Origin: Bacteroidetes bacterium GWC2_46_850
Lineage (GTDB): Bacteria; Bacteroidota; Bacteroidia; Bacteroidales; Dysgonomonadaceae
Direction of reading: 5' to 3'
DNA length: 64,000 bases
Assembly (NCBI GenBank): GCA_001768325.1
Contig: MENQ01000004.1
Span: 14,058 to 78,057, forward strand
Shown here: positions 9,332 through 16,297 of the stretch, piece by piece
Layout: the number at the start of each line of letters is the position of its first letter
How positions within the stretch are numbered: the stretch's first letter is position 1
Program-made: the position numbers and the translations under genes
The notes under the pieces: generated by a model
The model's database searches: none
The model's input: only the letters and a program-made list of their open reading frames with translations
What the model was told of the DNA's origin: nothing

Positions 9332-10045
9332 TTATACATTTACACCAAAAAGATAGCCCACAAGAGCAGATAATCCCATTGCCACGGTACCCCATATCAC
9401 AATCCGGAACACACCCTTCATGATCTGAGAACCTCCTGTTTTGGCAGATACCGCTCCCAGTACGGCAAGCGCTACAATTGTAAAGGCGTACAGAGAGTAA
9501 ACCATATTGGATATAGGGGTAAACAATACAACCAATAGAGGCAGTATTCCTCCTACGAGAAAAGAGGCACAGGAAGCCAGGGCAGCCTGAACAGGATTGG
9601 CCTGGCTCATTTCGTTGATGCCCAGTTCGTCTCTCACATGAGCGCTCAGCGCATCTTTTTCCGTCAATTCTTTGGCAACCAACATGGCTGTTTCTTTTTG
9701 TAGGCCGCGGCGCTCATATATTTCCGATAAAATCTTCAATTCTACATCGGGCATAGCTTCTAATTCCTGCCTCTCTCTTTCGATATCCGATTTTTCGATA
9801 TCCGTTTGTGAACTGACTGATACATACTCACCGGCAGCCATTGAAATTGCACCGGCAACCAAACCGGCGACAGTCGCCAGTAAGATAGGAGCTCTTTCTG
9901 AATTTGCAGCTGCCACACCAATGGCAAGACTTGAAATTGAAATTATTCCGTCATTTGCACCTAACACTGAAGCCCTAAGCCAGTTACTGCGACCTATGAA
10001 ATGGTTGTCTAAATAGTTGTCAATGGTAATTGATTTACTTCTCAT
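9332..10045 (-). CDS. VIT1/CCC1-family iron/manganese transporter
   Basis: 237 aa with NWLRASVLGANDGIISISSLAIGVAAA, an acidic central helix region and C-terminal transmembrane helices. Confidence 0.85.
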   Translation of the reverse strand: MRSKSITIDNYLDNHFIGRSNWLRASVLGANDGIISISSLAIGVAAANSERAPILLATVAGLVAGAISMAAGEYVSVSSQTDIEKSDIERERQELEAMPDVELKILSEIYERRGLQKETAMLVAKELTEKDALSAHVRDELGINEMSQANPVQAALASCASFLVGGILPLLVVLFTPISNMVYSLYAFTIVALAVLGAVSAKTGGSQIMKGVFRIVIWGTVAMGLSALVGYLFGVNV

Positions 10046-10096
10046 TGTCTATTATTTTCTTTTAATATTTTAATTGTCAGTATTCTAATCTTTTTT

Positions 10097-10753
10097 TTAT
10101 AACGGAATCAGGTATGCCGCGTAGATATGGCATGCCAATCCCAGCAGTACGAAGATATGAAAAATGGCATGGACAAACTCCCGCCTGGCTGTAGCATAGA
10201 TTACAGCACCGGCAATATAGAAAACTCCGCCTGCAATCAGCCAGATTACCGTATCCATGGTATCCTGTGCCCGAGCAACCCCAATCAATGGCTTAAAGGC
10301 GATCAGCACAATCAGTCCCATCAGAACATATGAGGAAGTCTTCAGATGGCTGTTTCGCTTCAGTGGGCGGAAGCTGATGATGATTCCGACGAGTGCGATG
10401 AACCAGACCAGCATAAAAATAAACCACCCCCAGAAAGGAATATCGCGTAACAGGATGAGCGTGAAGGGAGAATAGCTGGCTGCAATGAGCAGGTAGATGC
10501 TTGCGTGGTCGAAATGGCGTAGCTTTGACTTAAGCATTGGCTCCTGCACATAATGATAGACTGTGGATGAGCTCATGCATGCGATCATCCCGAAACCAAA
10601 AAGAGCATACCCCAGCAGGGCAGTGTCGTTGTCCGTCGCCAACGCACGGCTTAGCAGCAGCACCGTCGCTGCTACGCTCATCAGCGCGCCAAAACCGTGA
10701 GTCAGGTAGTTGATGCGCTCCTCACGCGATGTATAGAATTTATTTTTTGACAT
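10097..10753 (-). CDS. hemolysin III / PAQR-family membrane protein
   Basis: 218 aa with 7 transmembrane segments, an N-terminal SREERINYLTHGFG motif and C-terminal HxxxH-like histidines (HAIFHIFV). Its start codon overlaps the stop of the upstream anti-sigma gene (TAATG). Confidence 0.85.
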   Translation of the reverse strand: MSKNKFYTSREERINYLTHGFGALMSVAATVLLLSRALATDNDTALLGYALFGFGMIACMSSSTVYHYVQEPMLKSKLRHFDHASIYLLIAASYSPFTLILLRDIPFWGWFIFMLVWFIALVGIIISFRPLKRNSHLKTSSYVLMGLIVLIAFKPLIGVARAQDTMDTVIWLIAGGVFYIAGAVIYATARREFVHAIFHIFVLLGLACHIYAAYLIPL

Positions 10754-11919
10754 TACAATTCAATTTTCAACGTTACTTTCCGGTTTCCTTCCGACCATGG
10801 CGGCGAACCGAGTAGCAACCTTTTGATTTCAGTCTCCATTGCAGGACAGGAGTTCTCTTTAATTTGCACATTTAGCGGATGTCCATCGCTGTCAATGAAA
10901 AACGTTACAATAAATGATACAGGTTGTTCTTTGCAGATTTTTTCATCATAATTTTCCCTGAAATAACCGATAAATTCTTCTTTGTCGAAAACAGCTCGGT
11001 TTGTATTTGTTGTCGTGGAATCAACATTTTCGTGGGAACCTGTTTTCTCAGTAGAACCTATTCCTGTAACGGAACCCACTACGCTGCTCTTTTTCTGAGT
11101 TCCGAAACCCACAACAATCACTTCATTCAGTGCCATATCATCGGATTTCAGTGTAATATCACCCATATTTTCCTTCACCGGAATTTCCTGCGGTTTCATT
11201 CCAATAAATGAAGCCAACAGCGTAGAATCTGCATTGGCAGGGATATTTAAGTTGAATTTACCGTCCATATCAGACACTGTACCCAGATTGCTGTTCCTCA
11301 ATTGAATAGTGGCTCCGATAATCGGTTCACCTGTCTCGTCCACCACACGTCCGCTCGCCAGCAATGCCATGTCTGTCTCCTTCAAACCTTCGGGAATCGA
11401 TTTCTCTGTCACATTCTGCGATACTGCTGCCATCTGTACTTTCTCGTTCACGATGATCTGCATGACCGTATCGTCCGAAACGATCCTTTCTTTCCTGGCG
11501 GCCGACGGAAGAACAACGGGAGGCTGTTGTACGGGATTCTTCTCCACGACACCCGGATCTTTTGGTGCGGCAGTAGGAGTAACCTCTTTCACCTGTGGAT
11601 TATTTCCGGTTGTTGCAACCACAATTTCCTCTTTCGCTCCGGGGGAAAGCAGCAAAAGGGGAATCCCGACAAGAAGTATCAACACCGCTGCGGCACCCCA
11701 TATCCAGAGAGATTTGTGAATCCGTTTTTGGTTTGGCTGAACACTTTTTTCCAGCTTTTCAATGACAGAAGAGTGATCACCCTCCACCGAATCATAACCA
11801 TCGATGGCGTCACGCAGGAAAGGATCGTCCATCGTCTGACGTTCCAGTCGGTTGGCTTTCTTTCCGTGTCTTTGTCCCTGTATATACTCTTTCAAGCTTT
11901 CCTCTTCTGTCCTGTTCAT
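10753..11919 (-). CDS. putative ECF anti-sigma factor: cytoplasmic N-domain, 1 TM, SusC-type N-terminal-extension-like domain, TonB-box-like strand, TonB-C-like domain
   Basis: 388 aa. Its ATG overlaps the sigma factor stop (ATGA). It has an N-terminal DDPFLRDAIDGY motif and one transmembrane segment (LWIWGAAAVLILLVGIPLLLL). Residues ~188-262 (GRVVDETGEPIIGATIQLRNSNLGTVSDMDGKF...) resemble the carboxypeptidase-regulatory-like domain. NEVIVVGFGTQKK follows. The C-terminal ~75 aa (FIGYF...VSFIVTFFIDSDGHPLNVQI...PPWSEG...) show a TonB C-terminal-like pattern. Confidence 0.6.
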   Translation of the reverse strand: MNRTEEESLKEYIQGQRHGKKANRLERQTMDDPFLRDAIDGYDSVEGDHSSVIEKLEKSVQPNQKRIHKSLWIWGAAAVLILLVGIPLLLLSPGAKEEIVVATTGNNPQVKEVTPTAAPKDPGVVEKNPVQQPPVVLPSAARKERIVSDDTVMQIIVNEKVQMAAVSQNVTEKSIPEGLKETDMALLASGRVVDETGEPIIGATIQLRNSNLGTVSDMDGKFNLNIPANADSTLLASFIGMKPQEIPVKENMGDITLKSDDMALNEVIVVGFGTQKKSSVVGSVTGIGSTEKTGSHENVDSTTTNTNRAVFDKEEFIGYFRENYDEKICKEQPVSFIVTFFIDSDGHPLNVQIKENSCPAMETEIKRLLLGSPPWSEGNRKVTLKIEL

Positions 11920-12533
11920 TGCTTCGGTGCATATACGTGATGTAATTCGTCCCGGTCAGGTAGAGTTTTCAATATCCGGCTGACACAATTTTTCAAATTC
12001 CTTTTCCCGTTCTGAATGTAACTTTTTACTTTTGCAAGTGTGAACCCCGTCAAAGAAACAATGTCAGCGTATGATTTATCCTGATAGTAAAAATACTCGA
12101 TACTTTTCCGTTGTTCCACACTCAGCTCATTCATACAAACGATCAATGCCGATGCCTCTTCTTCGTTAGATTGACCGCTATCCAATAGAGTAAAAAAACT
12201 GCCGTTTTCCATAATATCCTCTCCACATAAAACAAAGAAAGTCTTGTTTTCTTTTTTTATACGCTGCAGGCAATGGTTTTTGGCAACGGTATAGAGCCAT
12301 GTATGAAAATTTTGTATCTCGTATTGTTTTATCTTTTGCGAAACTTCTTCGAACAAATCCATTACTGCATCTTCTGCATCAGCCCTGTTGGCAAGGTATT
12401 TCAGACACAATCCGTATACCATTGGAATATAGCGCCGGTATAACTCGCCGAAGAAGACCATCTGTTTTTCCTTTTTACAAAGTTCAAACAATGCGTTATC
12501 CGATAATTTTGATATGTCGGGTTTGTTAATCAA
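11916..12533 (-). CDS. RNA polymerase ECF-type sigma-70 factor
   Basis: 205 aa with region 2 (FGELYRRYIPMVYGLCLKYL...DAEDAVMDLF...HTWLYTVAKN) and region 4 (LSVEQRKSIEYFYYQDKSYADIVSLTGFTLAKVKSYIQNGKRNLK). The most upstream start is a TTG, so the exact start is uncertain. Confidence 0.85.
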   Translation of the reverse strand: MINKPDISKLSDNALFELCKKEKQMVFFGELYRRYIPMVYGLCLKYLANRADAEDAVMDLFEEVSQKIKQYEIQNFHTWLYTVAKNHCLQRIKKENKTFFVLCGEDIMENGSFFTLLDSGQSNEEEASALIVCMNELSVEQRKSIEYFYYQDKSYADIVSLTGFTLAKVKSYIQNGKRNLKNCVSRILKTLPDRDELHHVYAPKQ

Positions 12534-12656
12534 TCTGTTGCGCGAATATACTGGTAATCTCGTCTTACAAAATTAAAAAATTATTCGTTTGCTTATGGAA
12601 TTTGGGTTGTTTTTGTATCTATCATACAAAACATCATAATATAAAAAATAAATCGT

Positions 12657-14501
12657 ATGAAAACAACAATGCAAAGAGTCAGTCTATTTTTGATTACGAT
12701 GCTGCTGACAGTATCCGTTTATGGACAGCAGATTGAAGTGAGCGGAAAGGTATTTAATGAAGAGAAGCAGCCGATCATCGGTGCGACCATCATGAATAAA
12801 GTTACCCGCGACGGAACAGTCAGCGATATAGACGGAAAATTTCGTATCAAAACGAAGATTGGAGATACACTGGTCTTTATGTTTATCGGATATATGGCCC
12901 GTGAAATCGAAGTGAACAAAGCACAGCTTGATGTCTATATGAAGCCCGACCTTCGGTTGATGGAGGAGGTCACAGTGGTGGCCTTTGGAAATCAGAAACG
13001 GGCAAATGTCGTGGGTGCCGCCACTCAACGGGTAATCACAGTAAATGATTGGTCACACAGGCTGCCAATGCAACCTCAAAATTCAGAGGAGTACGAACCA
13101 TTCAGAGAAAATCGTTTTTTTTCAGTAAATAAAAATCCATTGTCCACCTTTTCGCTGGATGTGGATGCGGCGTCTTACGGTAACATTCGCCGGATGATTA
13201 ACCAGGGACAAATGCCAGAAAAAGATGCTGTGCGGGTGGAGGAGATGATCAATTATTTTAACTACGATTATCCACAGCCGAAGGATGGTCAACCGGTAAG
13301 TATCGTAGCCGAAACCGCCGGATGCCCCTGGAACCGGAATACACAGCTGGTACGCATTGGCATAAAGACAAAGGAGATCCCTTCGGAAATGCTTCCGGCA
13401 GGAAATTTTGTTTTCCTGATTGATGTGTCCGGGTCAATGATGGATGCCAATAAGCTCCCTTTGGTTAAAGCATCTATGAAGCTCCTGGTGAACAACCTGC
13501 GACCGAAAGACCGTGTGGCAATCGTCACCTATGCCGGTGCAGCGGGTGAAGTATTGCCTTCGACAAGCGGCGCCGACAAGCAAAAGATAACGGAAGCGCT
13601 GGATAATCTCCAGGCCGGAGGTACCACTGCGGGTGGTGCCGGCATCCAGCTGGCCTATAAAATAGCTGAAAAGAACCTGGTGAAAGGAGGCAATAACCGG
13701 GTGATTCTTTGTACTGATGGCGATTTTAATGTGGGTGTTTCCTCAACCGAAGGACTCGAGTCGTTGATTGAGCAAAAGCGTCAGTCGGGCATTTACTTGA
13801 CTGTGCTGGGTTATGGAATGGGAAATTACAAGGACAACAAACTACAGACGCTCGCACAAAAGGGCAATGGGAATCATGCCTATATCGATAACCTGCAGGA
13901 AGCCAATAAAGTGTTGGTTAACGAGTTTGGCAGTACGATGGCTGTCGTGGCCAAGGATGTAAAGCTCCAGGTGGAGTTCAATCCAATTTTTGTGAATGCC
14001 TACCGTTTGATTGGCTATGAATCGCGATTGCTGGAAGATGAAGATTTCAACGACGACACCAAGGATGCTGGTGAGCTTGGACCCGGACATACCGTTACGG
14101 CGCTTTATGAAATTGTTCCAGTGGGAGTTGATATTCCTGTTGGAAAAGTGGATCCATTGAAATATCAGCAACAGAAAACCGAACGTTTACCGTCCAAATT
14201 CAGCAATACCAAAGAGTTGTTAACCGTGAAGCTGCGCTATAAAAAGCCAGGTGAAGACATAAGCAGGAAGCTCGAGGTGCCCGTGCCTGCTTCGAAAACG
14301 AATCGGATGGCATCACCTGACTTCAATTTTGTGATGGCTGTCGCCATGTTCGGGCAGTTGCTGCGTGATTCAGATTATAAAGGAGACGGCACTTACAAGG
14401 ATGTGGTCGAGCTGGCCCTTAAGGGACTGGATAACGATCCCCATGGTTACCGACGCGAATTTATCCGTTTGGTGGAAGCGGTTCAACAACTGGAGATGTG
14501 A
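12657..14501 (+). CDS. secreted von Willebrand factor type A protein (YfbK-like) with SusC-type N-terminal module
   Basis: 614 aa with a signal peptide (LLTVSVYG/QQ). Residues ~26-120 form a CarboxypepD_reg-like domain followed by EEVTVVAFGNQKR. Next comes the vWA N-terminal region (PLSTFSLDVDAASYGN). The MIDAS motif is present (FLIDVSGSM ... GGTTAGGAG ... CTDGDFNVG). The C-terminus is DUF3520-like. Confidence 0.85.
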   Translation: MKTTMQRVSLFLITMLLTVSVYGQQIEVSGKVFNEEKQPIIGATIMNKVTRDGTVSDIDGKFRIKTKIGDTLVFMFIGYMAREIEVNKAQLDVYMKPDLRLMEEVTVVAFGNQKRANVVGAATQRVITVNDWSHRLPMQPQNSEEYEPFRENRFFSVNKNPLSTFSLDVDAASYGNIRRMINQGQMPEKDAVRVEEMINYFNYDYPQPKDGQPVSIVAETAGCPWNRNTQLVRIGIKTKEIPSEMLPAGNFVFLIDVSGSMMDANKLPLVKASMKLLVNNLRPKDRVAIVTYAGAAGEVLPSTSGADKQKITEALDNLQAGGTTAGGAGIQLAYKIAEKNLVKGGNNRVILCTDGDFNVGVSSTEGLESLIEQKRQSGIYLTVLGYGMGNYKDNKLQTLAQKGNGNHAYIDNLQEANKVLVNEFGSTMAVVAKDVKLQVEFNPIFVNAYRLIGYESRLLEDEDFNDDTKDAGELGPGHTVTALYEIVPVGVDIPVGKVDPLKYQQQKTERLPSKFSNTKELLTVKLRYKKPGEDISRKLEVPVPASKTNRMASPDFNFVMAVAMFGQLLRDSDYKGDGTYKDVVELALKGLDNDPHGYRREFIRLVEAVQQLEM

Positions 14502-14555
14502 TCGTTCAATTCCCGTAATAAATGTTTTAGCAGATAAATATTAAAACAGATTGAC

Positions 14556-16043
14556 ATGAGAGGTGATGTAATGTGGTACAGGATTATACTGGTCAAGCTT
14601 TTGTTACTGACAGTCCTGCATATTACCGGCATAAAAGCACAGCAAACAGAGCACAGGGTGACAGGTACGGTGATGGACCAGTCGGGTGAGACGTTTCCGG
14701 GTACGACGGTTATTGTGAAAGGAACTGTACAGGGGACCGTGACTGATATGGATGGAAGGTACGTTATTGCCGTACCAAAAGATGCTATTCTTCAATTTTC
14801 TTTCGTTGGCATGGAGAACCGGGAAATTGCAGTTGAGGGCCGCCAGAGGATCGACGTGGTGATGGAAGACAACATTTCAGAAGGAATAATGCCTGCGAAA
14901 CCGATCCTGTTGACTCCGAAGCAGCGCGAGAAGGCAGAGGCCGACAACAGGTTTTCGTTTAACGTTTTCTTGGAAATCTCAAGGTTGCAAGGACCCAATG
15001 CATTTTTTTCTCCTATAAGTCTTAATATGGCTCTCGGGACTCTCTACAACGGTTCTTCGGGTGATACCCGTACAGAAATGAACCAGATTTGGGGTATCAC
15101 TAACTTTTCAGAATCCGAACTTAACGACTATTATCGAACCATAAACCGGAGATTATTGGAAGCAGATCGGTTCACGGATATTGCTATCGCCAATTCCATC
15201 TGGTATCGTAGTGATTTTTCAATCAAAGAAGCGTTTAAAGAAACCAGTAAGAGATATTTTGATACGGATATAAAAGCGCTCGATTTCAATGATTCCAATG
15301 CGGCCAATGTTATCAACAAATGGTGCCTTGATAAAACAAATGGCAAGATCAATCATATTGCTGCCACTCCGATGCCAGGAGATATGATGATGTATCTGGC
15401 AAATGCCATCTATTTCAAGAGTAAATGGCAGATGGAGAAAAGGTTCAGGAAAGAGCAAACAAAACCGGACGATTTTATTCAGTCCGACGGCAAAACATTG
15501 AGGGTGGAGATGATGGAACAAACCACCTCCCTGCCTTATTATAGCGACTCATATCTTCAATGTGTTGAATTACCATATGGGAACGGAGCGTACAGCATGA
15601 TGGCAGTTCTTCCACCCGACAATGAAAATATCAGTCAACTGATTGAATACCTGAGTAGTGCTCATTGGGAGCGTATTGTCAATCAGATGAAGAGTGAACG
15701 AGTATGGTTGAAATTACCCCGTTTAAGGATAGAATGCAATATACCTTTCAATCAGCCATTGAAAAATGTGGGGATGCAAAAAATTTTCAGCGGAGGTTTC
15801 GCACATCTTTCAGATGATGCTTTCAATGTCTCCAATATTAGACAGAAAGCATTTATAGAAGTGAATGAAGAGGGTACAGAGGTTGCCGCTGTTACATCCA
15901 TGATGATAGTGGGTTACGGAGTTATGAAGACATCGAATGAACCCGTCCACTTTTTTGCCAATCGCCCGTTTATGCTGCTGATCAGGGAGAAAAGTACAGG
16001 GGTAATACTCTTTATTGGCAGAATTGATGATCCCCGCAGTTAA
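14556..16043 (+). CDS. secreted serpin with N-terminal CarboxypepD_reg-like domain
   Basis: 495 aa with a signal peptide (ITGIKA/QQ). Residues ~34-104 read VTGTVMDQSGETFPGTTVIVKGTVQGTVTDMDGRY... The serpin core carries the canonical hinge and reactive-centre loop, FIEVNEEGTEVAAVTS...PVHFFANRPFMLLIRE. Confidence 0.85.
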   Translation: MRGDVMWYRIILVKLLLLTVLHITGIKAQQTEHRVTGTVMDQSGETFPGTTVIVKGTVQGTVTDMDGRYVIAVPKDAILQFSFVGMENREIAVEGRQRIDVVMEDNISEGIMPAKPILLTPKQREKAEADNRFSFNVFLEISRLQGPNAFFSPISLNMALGTLYNGSSGDTRTEMNQIWGITNFSESELNDYYRTINRRLLEADRFTDIAIANSIWYRSDFSIKEAFKETSKRYFDTDIKALDFNDSNAANVINKWCLDKTNGKINHIAATPMPGDMMMYLANAIYFKSKWQMEKRFRKEQTKPDDFIQSDGKTLRVEMMEQTTSLPYYSDSYLQCVELPYGNGAYSMMAVLPPDNENISQLIEYLSSAHWERIVNQMKSERVWLKLPRLRIECNIPFNQPLKNVGMQKIFSGGFAHLSDDAFNVSNIRQKAFIEVNEEGTEVAAVTSMMIVGYGVMKTSNEPVHFFANRPFMLLIREKSTGVILFIGRIDDPRS

Positions 16044-16297
16044 ATTATATATTTAAAAGTTGTATCGACTTACCCGTGGTGCATGCACTCATTGATGGGA
16101 GAACTGTCAAAACGTCAGCGTGGGTGGTTTGGCAAAGATTTTGACGATATCCTGGTGTAAATCTGCGATTCATGGATGGTTGAGTAAGAAAGAACAGAGG
16201 AGCACTAACTTTATGGCTTGTTTCTTTGTTCATGTGAAAAGATCATTGATGGAATGAATTCAGATTCCAATTATAAAGATATTAAAAAAGGAAAAAT

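Noticed and set aside
8967-9356. 129-aa plus-strand ORF bridging the MFS 3' end and repeat copy A
   Set aside because: It is out of frame with the MFS gene, overlaps it for ~300 nt, and its tail merely reads through the repeat element and into the VIT stop region.
12534-12656. Searched the divergent sigma/vWA intergenic region for an ECF-type promoter (GAAC-like -35 plus CGTC-like -10). CTCGTCTTA occurs at ~12561..12569
   Set aside because: There is no convincing -35 partner at the right spacing, and the consensus for this ECF group is unknown to me. I cannot support a call from this sequence alone.
16044-16297. 254-nt spacer upstream of clpB, checked for a heat-shock operator. GGAGCACTAA at 16199..16208 resembles half of a CIRCE element, and there is a 62-aa minus-strand ORF at 16045..16233
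   Set aside because: Only one degenerate half-site is present and there is no inverted partner at N9 spacing (CIRCE is TTAGCACTC-N9-GAGTGCTAA). The small ORF has no motif or promoter box. I could not support any specific element.
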